The notes under the pieces are model-generated. The model worked only from the letters and a program-made list of their open reading frames with translations. It made no database searches and was not told the DNA's origin. Shown here one piece after another: positions 44,108 to 53,184 of a DNA stretch of 64,000 nt. The stretch is from a virus. Position 1 is the stretch's first letter; each line of letters begins with the position of its first letter. The position numbers were made by a program, and so were the translations under genes. The DNA lies in IMG/VR virus record IMGVR_UViG_3300035703_000062, positions 10,338 to 74,337 of that record; one strand, written 5' to 3'.

Positions 44108-45319
44108 ATGGGACAAATTAGAGTTAATGATGAACAGTTTGAAACTGGCATTCTCGCTGATCATCGAGGCCAGCTTCTTTCAGTGGGGCCTGATAGTGGC
44201 CGCGTAGATGCTTTTGGCCGGGCTCGCATGAGCGAGCCTTATACGCTGTTTGATTCCACATTGCGTTATGACGAACGCAGTGATCAATGGAACACCATTC
44301 TTGGCGGGACTGGCGGCACTACGTTCTTGTCCAATCAAAGCTCGTTGCAGCTTTCAGTGAGTGGCAATGGTGATAGTGTGCTGCGCCGCACCAAGCGGCG
44401 CTTCCCTTATCAGCCTGGCAAAAGTCTCCAGCTCATTCAAAGCTTTGTAGGCACCACGCCCACTGCTGGTCTTATTCAGGAAGTTGGCTTCTTCGATGAT
44501 GACAATGGCGTCATACTTCGCGCTAATGGCGCCACCATTGAATTTGTTATTCGCGGCAAATACAGCGGGAGTGTAACTGAGGCTGTCATTCCACAGAGCC
44601 AGTGGAATATTGATCGCTTTGAAGATTTAGATTTTTCCAAGGCCAATCTATTCACTGCTGATATTGAATGGCTTGGAGCTGGTCGAACAAGACTTGGTTT
44701 CATCATCGACGGCGAATATTTGTATTGCCATGAGCAAAATCATGCCAATGCTATTGATCACGTTTATATGAGTACGGCTATTTTGCCGTGCTCTTATAGG
44801 ATTGCTAGCACTGGCCCTGCTGGCACGATGAAGCAGATATGTACGACTGTTATTAGCGAAGGTGGCTACGAACCCACTGGGCCTATTTACACTGCTGGAC
44901 CTTCTGCAGTAGGCGTATCGTCAATTAGTGCCGAGCAGCCAATCGTTGGCATTCGCATGGCTAGTGGTCGCACTGGCAATGTGATCATTCCATCGCAAAT
45001 TGAAGCAACCATTGAAGGAAACACCACTGCCAAGTGGCGGCTTCGTCTCAATCCGACGATTACCAGTGGCACATGGAGTCCCGCCCTTAACGGTCGCGGT
45101 AATGTGGAAATGATCACATCTGCAACCATTTCTGGTGGCACAGTGATCGGCGCAGGCCTTGTCGGCACGCGATCTAGTTCTTCGCTGCCCGCAGAGGCTG
45201 CATTATCTTTGAGCTTAGGGACAAAGGCTGATGGCACCTCTGACATTCTTGTGCTCACCATGGAAGCAGACACATCCACGAAGGGCACTGGCTTGATTGG
45301 ATGGCGTGAAGTGGTGTAG
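44108..45319 (+). CDS. Virion structural protein, lectin-like family paralog 3
   Basis: DAFGR.R.S.P.TLFD, FPYQPGKS, GFFDDDNG, QSQWN.D, D.EWLG.G. Confidence 0.7.
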   Translation: MGQIRVNDEQFETGILADHRGQLLSVGPDSGRVDAFGRARMSEPYTLFDSTLRYDERSDQWNTILGGTGGTTFLSNQSSLQLSVSGNGDSVLRRTKRRFPYQPGKSLQLIQSFVGTTPTAGLIQEVGFFDDDNGVILRANGATIEFVIRGKYSGSVTEAVIPQSQWNIDRFEDLDFSKANLFTADIEWLGAGRTRLGFIIDGEYLYCHEQNHANAIDHVYMSTAILPCSYRIASTGPAGTMKQICTTVISEGGYEPTGPIYTAGPSAVGVSSISAEQPIVGIRMASGRTGNVIIPSQIEATIEGNTTAKWRLRLNPTITSGTWSPALNGRGNVEMITSATISGGTVIGAGLVGTRSSSSLPAEAALSLSLGTKADGTSDILVLTMEADTSTKGTGLIGWREVV

Positions 45320-45354
45320 GGCGTTAAGCTTCCTTCATCCTTTGTGGCTTCCCT

Positions 45355-45504
45355 ATGGAGCCCGTTAGTCGAGACGATGTGCAGGAGATGATTGATGCCG
45401 CCATTAGGCGGCACAATCGCAATGCAGGCATCATTTCAATGGTGGTGGGATGGGCCGTGTTGGCTTTCTATGCTGATGGCCTGTTTCGCATTGTGGCCCC
45501 ATGA
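45355..45504 (+). CDS. Small membrane protein (49 aa)
   Basis: MEPVSRDDVQEMIDAAIRRHNRNAGIISMVVGWAVLAFYADGLFRIVAP; ATGA-coupled to the next gene. Confidence 0.7.
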   Translation: MEPVSRDDVQEMIDAAIRRHNRNAGIISMVVGWAVLAFYADGLFRIVAP

Positions 45505-45740
45505 TTAAAGATGCTTGGCGGACACAGCACGTTGATCACATTGCAGAAAGTCTGCATGAGTTCATCACGGATGGCGGAGCTGATGCTGCGCACGAGGCAT
45601 TGTGCGACGCCATAATGACTTGGATTGACTACCACCAGAAAGAACTAAACGAATGGCGCTATTTGGCGGCACGTCTAAACCTTCCATTACCAAGCGACTC
45701 TTCAACCTATTCAGGATCGAGCAGCAAGAAAAGCAGCTAG
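45501..45740 (+). CDS. Hypothetical protein
   Basis: Coupled ORF. Confidence 0.55.
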   Translation: MIKDAWRTQHVDHIAESLHEFITDGGADAAHEALCDAIMTWIDYHQKELNEWRYLAARLNLPLPSDSSTYSGSSSKKSS

Positions 45741-46027
45741 AGGAGCTGCGGCAAAGCGCTCACGAGCGCACGAAGAAGATTGCTCAGGAAGACTACGAAT
45801 GGTGGAATGCCTTGCCTTATGAAGAGAAGCTGAAGGCCTTTCGCAGCGTATGCCGGCGCATTCAACAGGGTGACGTTGTAGAGCGTGGATCGTATCGCCA
45901 CGTCCTGTATGAAGTGTTTGGCTTTGATGCCGATGCTTACGTTGATGGGATGGACTGTGGCTATATGGACATTCACAATCTCATCGCTCGTGGGCACGAG
46001 GAGGCTCCCCATCGAGAGTCCATGTAA
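45653..46027 (+). CDS. Hypothetical protein
   Basis: WW..L.YEE.L.AF..GSYR.VLY.VFGF..GM..GY..HN phage-type motif. Confidence 0.65.
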   Translation: MALFGGTSKPSITKRLFNLFRIEQQEKQLEELRQSAHERTKKIAQEDYEWWNALPYEEKLKAFRSVCRRIQQGDVVERGSYRHVLYEVFGFDADAYVDGMDCGYMDIHNLIARGHEEAPHRESM

Positions 46028-46397
46028 TCCTCATCTCGCCGCCCAGGGCCTTCACTGCATCGCTCGCATCCACTGGTGGTGGATGCTCAATCATTACCGA
46101 TGGCACGATTGCATTTGGAAGCGGCGTTATTTTTGCCTTTGGGAATAGCTCCTGTGCTTTATCAGCTAACTTATCAGCTACATCATGCCGATGTTCAGCT
46201 TCCCATTGCTGAACTAATTCTTTCGCTTGCTTATCTACTTTTTGGAGGGTGAGAGAAGTTTTCCACTCTGTCCAGTCTGGGCGACACCATTCCAGAAGCC
46301 GTTTCATCAATGGATGGAAAGCCAGAGAAGGCCTCTTCCTGATGAGGAAGAGGCCCAGCTCGTAGCACAACGCATTGAAGATGGCTTGATTGCTCAT
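45981..46397 (-). CDS. Hypothetical protein downstream of endolysin
   Basis: ATGA-coupled to endolysin. Confidence 0.6.
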   Translation of the reverse strand: MSNQAIFNALCYELGLFLIRKRPSLAFHPLMKRLLEWCRPDWTEWKTSLTLQKVDKQAKELVQQWEAEHRHDVADKLADKAQELFPKAKITPLPNAIVPSVMIEHPPPVDASDAVKALGGEMRITWTLDGEPPRAHER

Positions 46398-47341
46398 CCT
46401 TCCTGGTAGACGCTGATGAACAGAGCGCCAGAGCGAAGCAATGGGATGACGTGATCACGCAGGTGAGCATTGTGCATACGCACACAACCGTGGGTAGCCA
46501 GGAGGGGCTGCATGGGCGCCCACGCACCAGGCCAACCATTGCCGCTGCCACCACCGTGGAGCATGATCCCTGCCCTTCCATTGCCACTCTCTTGACCCTC
46601 TAAGTCAATCATGTCAAGGCTGTACCAGCCATAGGCCATGAGCGTGCGGTCGTATGCAGGCTTGTCTCCATTGATCTCATAATCACGGTAGACAGTGCCT
46701 ACTTTGTACAGACCAGGCGGCGTGTCAGTGTTGCGCAGCTTCCATTCGTAATCGCTTCCCTGGCCGCGTGCCAAAGCAGGAAGCTCCCAAAGGAGCTTCC
46801 CTTCGGAATTGAAACACTTAGCAGTCTCTACGGCGTCATTCACGATGATGTGATGGTCGCCTTTCTTGAAGCCAAATTCTTGAGGACGTTTCTTGGGGCC
46901 GATCATGGGAGAAATGCGCGAAGACTCAGGAGCATATTCCTTCATCAGTCGCGATAATTTAGCTGGATATTCGGGATCAGTAGCATACGACTGCTCCTTC
47001 AGCATGCGTGCTGCAGCGTAACGATTAGGTGCATGATTAACGCCTTTGAACTGGCGATAATCTTTGTACCAGCGCGTTACAAGATATTCAATGCAGGCAG
47101 CAAGGCTAGGGAAGTCAATGAAGCCCGCCTTAATCGTCACCCATTGTCCGTCGTACCATTCCTGAGTAGTAGTGGTGGCGCCACTACCTTTCAAGCCAAG
47201 GTAGTTATGGGTGCCAGAAACGTGTCGCCCGAATCCACTCTCAAGGCAGCATTGTGCTGCAGCAAGTTCAGGATATCGAGCGCCACATCTACGTGCAATC
47301 TGAAAGCATTCGTCCCAGAATGCCCGATTAGTGGGCCACAT
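46394..47341 (-). CDS. Endolysin: GH73 glucosaminidase fused to a YkuD/L,D-transpeptidase-like domain
   Basis: AQ..LESG.G, NYLGLK, YATDP.Y (GH73); DTPPG, IMLHGGG..THGCVRMHN (YkuD). Confidence 0.9.
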   Translation of the reverse strand: MWPTNRAFWDECFQIARRCGARYPELAAAQCCLESGFGRHVSGTHNYLGLKGSGATTTTQEWYDGQWVTIKAGFIDFPSLAACIEYLVTRWYKDYRQFKGVNHAPNRYAAARMLKEQSYATDPEYPAKLSRLMKEYAPESSRISPMIGPKKRPQEFGFKKGDHHIIVNDAVETAKCFNSEGKLLWELPALARGQGSDYEWKLRNTDTPPGLYKVGTVYRDYEINGDKPAYDRTLMAYGWYSLDMIDLEGQESGNGRAGIMLHGGGSGNGWPGAWAPMQPLLATHGCVRMHNAHLRDHVIPLLRSGALFISVYQEG

Positions 47342-47345
47342 GGCC

Positions 47346-47489
47346 TCAGTCCTTCACACGGAAGATAGCCTTCAAGCCTGTCAGAACAAGCTGAAGAACG
47401 TTGTTTTCCTTATAGGGAGTGCGCTCGATAATTTGATCAAGAGCTGCGACGATGATGCCACCAATAACGAACCACTCAATGCCGCTCAT
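47346..47489 (-). CDS. Putative holin (47 aa)
   Basis: MSGIEWFVIGGIIVAALDQIIERTPYKENNVLQLVLTGLKAIFRVKD, directly upstream of endolysin, AGGAG RBS. Confidence 0.65.
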   Translation of the reverse strand: MSGIEWFVIGGIIVAALDQIIERTPYKENNVLQLVLTGLKAIFRVKD

Positions 47490-47519
47490 GGTAATTCTCC
47501 TAGAGAGTTTACTTTCAGC

Positions 47520-47720
47520 TTAGCGCCGAATCTCCAAGCTTCTCACTCGCGCTTCTAGCTGCTGAACGTTTTCAGTGAGGGCCTCAAGATTCTTGGTTAT
47601 TCCTTCTACTTGCGTGGTAATGCGAATTTGCTGATTTCCCACGGCAATCATCATGCCGCCAGATGCCAATAGCATCCCGGCAGTGACCGTAGCCACAAAG
47701 TTAGCTAGCCCTTCCTTCAC
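47520..47720 (-). CDS. Membrane-anchored coiled-coil lysis-module protein
   Basis: N-terminal TM helix + heptads ending RVRSLE. Confidence 0.6.
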   Translation of the reverse strand: MKEGLANFVATVTAGMLLASGGMMIAVGNQQIRITTQVEGITKNLEALTENVQQLEARVRSLEIRR

Positions 47721-47813
47721 TGCTCGCTTTGCGGCATTTTTATAAAGTATAGCACTGTCTCATCGTTCATATTTTGAAGGTAGATTAGGGACAGCCAATT
47801 GAAGATAGGCGTC

Positions 47814-48320
47814 ATGTTTGTGGCGTTTGAGCCTGATGATTACATCACTGGACTCATTGAACTGCGCAAGTCGGATGCCACACGACGCTTTAGGAAATCT
47901 ATCTTCGATGACTATCCCCTTCGTGGGCCGTTAAACCAGGCAGCCTGTGCATATTGCGGGCGATGGAATGAGAAGCTGACCATCGACCACATTGTTCCCA
48001 AGAGCAAAGGTGGGCCGCATTTCGCTCGTTGGAACATGGTGCCCGCGTGTAAGCGTTGCAACCTGGCGAAAACTGATCTACCAGTGTTTGAATGGTGGCG
48101 GCCAATGCAGCAATGGAGTCAGCAGCGGGAGGAGATTCTGATGGCATGGACCTACGCCAACAGCTTCATCGACGCTCACACTGACTCCGCCGAATACTGG
48201 CGGTTCCTGGCTGAGAAGCGGGTGGTGCAGCAGGAAGTATCGCGTCGCATGAGAAAAGGGCCATTTCGTGGCCCTTTTTCTTTAGCCGATTTGGGAGACG
48301 TTGGCTGGGCTGCTGCTTAG
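47814..48320 (+). CDS. HNH endonuclease
   Basis: CAYCG..LTIDHIVPKSKGG..NMVPACKRCN..K. Confidence 0.92.
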   Translation: MFVAFEPDDYITGLIELRKSDATRRFRKSIFDDYPLRGPLNQAACAYCGRWNEKLTIDHIVPKSKGGPHFARWNMVPACKRCNLAKTDLPVFEWWRPMQQWSQQREEILMAWTYANSFIDAHTDSAEYWRFLAEKRVVQQEVSRRMRKGPFRGPFSLADLGDVGWAAA

Positions 48321-48467
48321 TCGTAGCAATTGTATTTTCCGCTCTTCGACGAGATGAGCGGAACTTACGCAAGATACGAGCCCAAGTTCGGGATAGGAGA
48401 TTTCGTACACTTCTTGATCGTGCGAGTCCACGTAGAAGCGCACCTGTGCGTCATTGATGGATGTCAT
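48282..48467 (-). CDS. Hypothetical protein
   Basis: MTSINDAQVRF.. overlapping the previous stop; start uncertain. Confidence 0.4.
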   Translation of the reverse strand: MTSINDAQVRFYVDSHDQEVYEISYPELGLVSCVSSAHLVEERKIQLLRLSSSPANVSQIG

Positions 48468-48693
48468 TGATGGCAGCCAGAGCTTTGTCCATGTTGACGA
48501 TCTGACGCTGCGGCCACTCACGGGCGTAAATGATCGCCTTTTTCAGATCGCGAATTAAAGGCTCAGCGCCGCAGTCTTCCCCATCGTCACAGAGATACTC
48601 ATCAACAGTGTCGAGGAGCCGCTCATAGCGGCTTTCAGACCACTTCTTACGCCAGTCTGCGTCAAAGCCTGGAGGGGTGCCTTCAATCGTCAT
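48451..48693 (-). CDS. Hypothetical protein
   Basis: Internal ATG 48693 overlapping the DUF3310 stop region. Confidence 0.6.
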   Translation of the reverse strand: MTIEGTPPGFDADWRKKWSESRYERLLDTVDEYLCDDGEDCGAEPLIRDLKKAIIYAREWPQRQIVNMDKALAAINDIHQ

Positions 48694-48985
48694 TGGAAGT
48701 GCGTGGGTAGCGGCGGTCGAGACGAACGGCATCATCGATGAGATCGTCGGCAACGGCCATGGCCGCGTCCAGTTTATTAAGCCTGTCCAGATACCACGCA
48801 GCCTTCTTAAGACTATCTTTCCCTTTGTGTCGTTCTCGCCACACGTATTTGGCGATGTTGCCCTTAAGGAACCCGCGATACTCCTCGATGGTGAGCTGGG
48901 CCTCGATGGCCTCAATACATTCCACTCCCGTGCCGCTTGTGTAGTGCGGCGGGTGATTCACCATGAGGTCAGAAAGTTTGTCCAT
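48683..48985 (-). CDS. DUF3310 protein (T7 gp1.7-like putative nucleotide kinase)
   Basis: VNHPPHY..ECIEAI..GFLKGNIAKY.WR..K..L.KA.WYL. Confidence 0.9.
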   Translation of the reverse strand: MDKLSDLMVNHPPHYTSGTGVECIEAIEAQLTIEEYRGFLKGNIAKYVWRERHKGKDSLKKAAWYLDRLNKLDAAMAVADDLIDDAVRLDRRYPRTSNDD

Positions 48986-49697
48986 TAGCTTTGAAGGCTG
49001 CAAAGGATTCGGCCACGATAGGCTCAGCAAGCTCAGCCATACAGTCTGCATAGGCACGGATTTCCCATTGTGAATCTGCTGGCTGACGCAGGCTCAGAAA
49101 GTGCAACAGGGCCTGGAGGCTGCACGTCCAAACGAACGATGTGTAGTGGCACGTCGGCAGAATGCCTCGTGCCTGCTCCTTGCTCACGCCCACTGCGAGC
49201 AGCGTGGCATAGGCTTCCTTGACTGCCTGCAGAGCCTCTGCGTATTTCAGCTCGGCCACACGGGCGCTGCCCACATCGAGCGGGCCTGCGGAGGCTTGCT
49301 TGTTGCTTTCGCTCTGCTTCCTGAATTCCTTCGGGAAATAAAATTCCTCGCTATCAGCGGCGCAATAGCGGAAGCTCTTCTCGTTCCAGCCCAGTTGATC
49401 GTTGGCATAGGTGCCGCCGATGACGTGTTTCCACCATTGCCGCGCCACAAATAGTGGCGCTTTCACTTGCCATTTGAAGACAACGCCTCGGAACGGGCTG
49501 GTGTGGCGATGGGCGACAAGGTAATTGAGAAGCTTCTTCTCCCTTGGGCCGAAGTCAGGCGTCTCAAGGTCAAAGCTTTGCCTGGCATCACAAACGATGT
49601 CAATGTCACTTCCCATCCAATCGAGAAGCCGAACAGAGCTAATGCCGTCACCGAGGGGATCATGCACCTTAAAGGTTTCAGAAGGGAGGGCGATCAT
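48969..49697 (-). CDS. thyX: FAD-dependent thymidylate synthase
   Basis: HTSPF, APLFVARQWWKH..WNEKSFRY, EQARGILP, LR....QWEIR. Confidence 0.95.
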   Translation of the reverse strand: MIALPSETFKVHDPLGDGISSVRLLDWMGSDIDIVCDARQSFDLETPDFGPREKKLLNYLVAHRHTSPFRGVVFKWQVKAPLFVARQWWKHVIGGTYANDQLGWNEKSFRYCAADSEEFYFPKEFRKQSESNKQASAGPLDVGSARVAELKYAEALQAVKEAYATLLAVGVSKEQARGILPTCHYTSFVWTCSLQALLHFLSLRQPADSQWEIRAYADCMAELAEPIVAESFAAFKANGQTF

Positions 49698-49927
49698 TGT
49701 TCGTGGCGGAGTCGCGAAAGAGCTGTGTAACCAATGCGGGAAGGATGGTGCTTACATTCATCCCATACCACCTGTGCTCGTGGGACGGAACGCCCCAGTG
49801 AGTCTTGCTTGGTTTCAAGAGCCAATATTTGTCCCCTGAATCCTGAGTCAATCCATCCATCTGCAGTGAGTGAAAGAAGGACCACTCGCTGCCCGGCTTG
49901 GAATTGTCCATGATGATGGGCTTTCAT
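49694..49927 (-). CDS. Small SH3-like hypothetical protein
   Basis: F..GQRV..G.I....V.WD pattern; ATGA overlap with thyX. Confidence 0.5.
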   Translation of the reverse strand: MKAHHHGQFQAGQRVVLLSLTADGWIDSGFRGQILALETKQDSLGRSVPRAQVVWDECKHHPSRIGYTALSRLRHEQ

Positions 49928-50054
49928 CGAACGACGGAAGGGCACCCTAGGCAAAACCGTAATTTTTTGTTCGGCAGTTTCGCCAGATTCCACGGTGCAA
50001 ACAAAAGTCTTCCGCCTATCGCGCAGGGCTACGCTAGAGGAAAACGAAAGAGTC

Positions 50055-50435
50055 ATGCAGTACAGCTTGCCTGTGATCTTGGATTACGATGGGAGGAAAA
50101 GAATTGCAACCATGGGACCATTTGAGCGGAGCATGGAGCGGGAGTTCTCATTGGCTGTCAACAAGAAAGCCATTGATGAATGCACCGATCTCAAGCAGCT
50201 CAAGGAAGTGGCGACTAACTTGCTCGTCGGTTGGAGCAATATGCAGGGCGCCGTAGGCGAGCTGATCAAAGAAAACATGAACCTGCGTCATGCCATCGGC
50301 CTGCGAGAGGCTGATTTACAAGCAGCAGAGGAGCTGATGAACCACGCAGCTAGCCTTCTGGAGAAGCAAGCTGTTGATCGAACCAGCAAGCCTTCCCGAT
50401 CTTCTCAATCCAAGTGGCGTCTGTGGCCGTGGTAG
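50055..50435 (+). CDS. Helical protein with possible NblA-like segment
   Basis: SMEREFSL....AIDECTDLKQLKEVA..LL..W...Q followed by coiled coil. Confidence 0.5.
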   Translation: MQYSLPVILDYDGRKRIATMGPFERSMEREFSLAVNKKAIDECTDLKQLKEVATNLLVGWSNMQGAVGELIKENMNLRHAIGLREADLQAAEELMNHAASLLEKQAVDRTSKPSRSSQSKWRLWPW

Positions 50436-50736
50436 ACGTGAGCAAATAAACCTTCCAGCCAGAGATCATGGCCAGGTTGTATTTACGAGCATCACGGTCA
50501 TAGCCACTCCCTGACACATGGCGGCCACGCATGTAGGTGCCGCCTTGGATTTCGATGAGGGACTGTGCTTGTGGCAGGGCAAAGTCAGCTCTGTAGCGCT
50601 TTGATCGCTTGCTTTTGGCGTAGCGCTCTTGAAAATCTTCCTCCCACATCGGCACATCACTGAACTCGCGAACAAGTTCTAATTGTGGCCAGTGAAGCTT
50701 CCACTCAGCGTGGAACTTATCCTCAAGAGCGCTCAC
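50350..50736 (-). CDS. PD-(D/E)XK (DUF559/Vsr-like) endonuclease
   Basis: SALE.KF, YRADFA, IEIQGG...GRH..G.GY..D..KYN.A...GW. Confidence 0.85.
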   Translation of the reverse strand: MSALEDKFHAEWKLHWPQLELVREFSDVPMWEEDFQERYAKSKRSKRYRADFALPQAQSLIEIQGGTYMRGRHVSGSGYDRDARKYNLAMISGWKVYLLTSTTATDATWIEKIGKACWFDQQLASPEG

Positions 50737-50776
50737 TGGAACAACACAAAGTTATTCCACGTTAAACGGAAAAACG

Positions 50777-51124
50777 TTAACGATTGTCGCCACTGCCTTG
50801 AAGTTGCCCGCGTTGAGCGCGGTCAGCAAGCTTATCCAGATTGCCTTGGGCAACATTGGAAAGGTCAAGGTCTAGCTCGGAAGCAATTTGCGCCACATAC
50901 CAGAGCACATCACCAAGCTCCTTGGCGATGGCAGTGCGCGTGGCGGCATCAAACACTCCAGCTTTGTCACGAATGACCTTCTTCACCTTCTCAGCCACTT
51001 CACCGGCTTCACCAGCAAGGCCAAGAGTGGGATAGATCATGTTGCGGCCTACATCTGGATAGATGGCTGTGCTGCGAGCCGCTTGCTGGTATTCGTTGAT
51101 GTCCAAAGAGGAACAGTGAGTCAT
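50777..51124 (-). CDS. mazG: MazG-like nucleoside triphosphate pyrophosphohydrolase
   Basis: YQ..A..TAIYP, LGLAGEAGEVAEKVKK, ELGDVLWY, GSGDNR. Confidence 0.93.
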   Translation of the reverse strand: MTHCSSLDINEYQQAARSTAIYPDVGRNMIYPTLGLAGEAGEVAEKVKKVIRDKAGVFDAATRTAIAKELGDVLWYVAQIASELDLDLSNVAQGNLDKLADRAQRGQLQGSGDNR

Positions 51125-51145
51125 GATCAGAATGAGAAGGGCCAG

Positions 51146-51170
51146 AAAGGGGGCGCTTAAAGGCGCCCCC
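51146..51170 (-). terminator. Terminator after SSB-like gene
   Basis: Minus strand GGGGGCGC-ctttaa-GCGCCCCC-TTT. Confidence 0.65.
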
Positions 51171-51177
51171 AGACAGA

Positions 51178-51453
51178 TCAGAAGAGATCGTCAGATGCCT
51201 TCTTGCTGGAACCACCACCAGCACGGCCAGAGTTGTCCCACATGGACGCATAGCCCTTGGCACCATCCATCTTGCCTTTCACCTGCACTTGACCAGTGAA
51301 GGCGGGCTGGGAATCATTGGTCTTGCGATCATTGTTCCACAGGGAAGCCTGGAGGCTGTACATGCCACGATCATTCGGGCCTGCCTCCTTGGCCTCACGG
51401 AACACGTCAGCAGGGATGTCGATGGCGACTTTGTAAAGAGGCTGGGTAGCCAT
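51178..51453 (-). CDS. Putative single-stranded DNA-binding protein
   Basis: NDRK....QP.FTG motif; Gly-rich linker and acidic-aromatic tail DDLF; next to exonuclease and Sak3. Confidence 0.6.
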   Translation of the reverse strand: MATQPLYKVAIDIPADVFREAKEAGPNDRGMYSLQASLWNNDRKTNDSQPAFTGQVQVKGKMDGAKGYASMWDNSGRAGGGSSKKASDDLF

Positions 51454-51501
51454 GGAAAGAAAACAGAGAACGGAACAACAGTAGCGACTACGGACGGGGG
51501 A

Positions 51502-52263
51502 TCAAGCTCCCTTATCCATAGAAATTGTGAAGGGCACACCACCTGGATAGTGGTCGAAGAAAAACTGTTGAGTTTTTTGCACCATCACACCAGCTTGCGC
51601 TACAAGCTCGCTGGAATCGAGGCTCACAATTTGAGCCTCCTGCCCTTTCCCTGTATCAGGGTCGTAAATGGCAATAGCGCAATGTGCTTGCTCGATTTCG
51701 ATGTCATACATCTGCTCGATGGCTTGCACATAGGCACCAAGCTGCATCCGATAGTCGGCGAGCTGGTAGTCAGGCTTCTCTTTGTAGCTGGTCTTCCAAT
51801 CGAGCAGCGCATAGGCGCCGCTCTTCATGGTGGCCAACATGTCAAAGGTGCCTGAGTAGCCAATTTGTCTGGAAGGGCAGTACCAGGCGATAGCGCTCTC
51901 CACTAACAGAGGCTCATCAATGGAATCAAGAAAATCTTGGATGGATGTGTAGTAGGGGATGTATTGAGGAGAATGGTTGAAATGCTCTTCAATGTCTTCC
52001 CCATTGAACAGATCCTCTAAGACGCCATGGAGCCAATTGCCGCGTTCCACAGCATTGCGGGTGCGGCGATTTGCCTCTACATCCCCCACTTTCTTCCGCC
52101 AGTTGATCAGCGCCATGGTCTTACCAACGGGGGCAGTGGCCGACGCGACAGTAGTGACGGAAGGGAGCGCTATCCCAGCAGGTGCATTTGGAAATTCATC
52201 AAGAACGTAGAAACGTTTCTTGTTGATTTGCAGCCTGTTTGGTTCAAAGCGGGGGAATTTCAT
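51502..52263 (-). CDS. PD-(D/E)XK exonuclease (RecB/Cas4-like)
   Basis: LPSVTTV, RGN.LH..LE, YSGTFD, LLDWKTS, QLGAY. Confidence 0.9.
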   Translation of the reverse strand: MKFPRFEPNRLQINKKRFYVLDEFPNAPAGIALPSVTTVASATAPVGKTMALINWRKKVGDVEANRRTRNAVERGNWLHGVLEDLFNGEDIEEHFNHSPQYIPYYTSIQDFLDSIDEPLLVESAIAWYCPSRQIGYSGTFDMLATMKSGAYALLDWKTSYKEKPDYQLADYRMQLGAYVQAIEQMYDIEIEQAHCAIAIYDPDTGKGQEAQIVSLDSSELVAQAGVMVQKTQQFFFDHYPGGVPFTISMDKGA

Positions 52264-52270
52264 CGGAAGG

Positions 52271-52462
52271 CTAGCGGGTTTGTTTGCAGTAGGAGCCGGT
52301 GGAGTAGTAGCCGAGTGGGCAGGTGGAGCCTTCCTTGACGATTGCTGGTTTTGCAGTGCGCGATGGCACGCAATAGCCAGCGGAGATGTAGTAGCCGATG
52401 GGGCAGCTCCCGACGCGCTGAATTGGCTGAGGGAGCTGAGCCAGGAGAATGAAGGAGATCAT
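52271..52462 (-). CDS. Small Cys-rich protein with duplicated CP.GYY..G.YC motif
   Basis: GSCPIGYYISAGYC and STCPLGYYSTGSYC, hydrophobic N-terminus. Confidence 0.65.
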   Translation of the reverse strand: MISFILLAQLPQPIQRVGSCPIGYYISAGYCVPSRTAKPAIVKEGSTCPLGYYSTGSYCKQTR

Positions 52463-52767
52463 TTCTCGTTCATGTCCCAGAAATACTCGCAGCCTTCCTC
52501 GGTGAATGGCGGCGCCGCGAACTGTGACTGATAACGATCAGGAGGCGCCATGTAACGCCAGCAGTTTTCCTTGACAGGGCATTCGTCTCCTGTGCACATC
52601 GCAATGTCAGGCATGAGATGGCGATTAATAAATGGCTTGAGAAAAGCAGGGTCCAGTAGACCGGCACCAATAAGAGAAGAAAGCAACGCAGCAACACGTC
52701 GTGGACTATCCAGCGTGTCGTCTGGGAAGCTCCAATAAGCTTCATTGGCCTTCTCCCACCACGTCAT
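52459..52767 (-). CDS. Hypothetical protein ending in a DI.MC....CP....C.RY..C domain (start may be 52614)
   Basis: Four-Cys small phage domain. Confidence 0.6.
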   Translation of the reverse strand: MTWWEKANEAYWSFPDDTLDSPRRVAALLSSLIGAGLLDPAFLKPFINRHLMPDIAMCTGDECPVKENCWRYMAPPDRYQSQFAAPPFTEEGCEYFWDMNEK

Positions 52768-52996
52768 CGAGGCGCTTTGCGCTGTTGATGAAGGCTTGCT
52801 TGTGCTCGTCAACATAACTTTCAAATGCCTGAATAATGTTGCTCTGAAAGAAGCCAACTGCCATTAAATAGTTAGCTAGCTCTTCTACCACTTCATCGCA
52901 AAATACGTGGTGATTCTTGAAGGTCACCTCTGTTTTTGCCTCGTTGTTGTAGATGTAATGCCAGGTGTGCTGGCCGTATTCATGAAGAGTGGTCAT
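52742..52996 (-). CDS. Hypothetical protein
   Basis: ORF in the recombination operon. Confidence 0.55.
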   Translation of the reverse strand: MTTLHEYGQHTWHYIYNNEAKTEVTFKNHHVFCDEVVEELANYLMAVGFFQSNIIQAFESYVDEHKQAFINSAKRLDDVVGEGQ

Positions 52997-53184
52997 GGCA
53001 GGAGGCGACTGGCGATGAAGATGACGAGGAAGCTGGCCATAAGCGCAATTGCGCTAACAACCAGAAATAAACCAAGCGGGTCATGCTGGAAATAGCTCGG
53101 GAGGAAGGAGAGTAATGGGCTGATCATCGGGGTCAGTACATACGATTCCAGAGAAGGCGGCAGCTAATGCCGCCGCCGCCAGAT

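Noticed and set aside
51502-52263. CRISPR-Cas system (Cas4-like gene, 21-bp repeats at 56923)
   Set aside because: No repeat-spacer array or other cas genes; the nuclease sits with SSB and Sak3 in a recombination module
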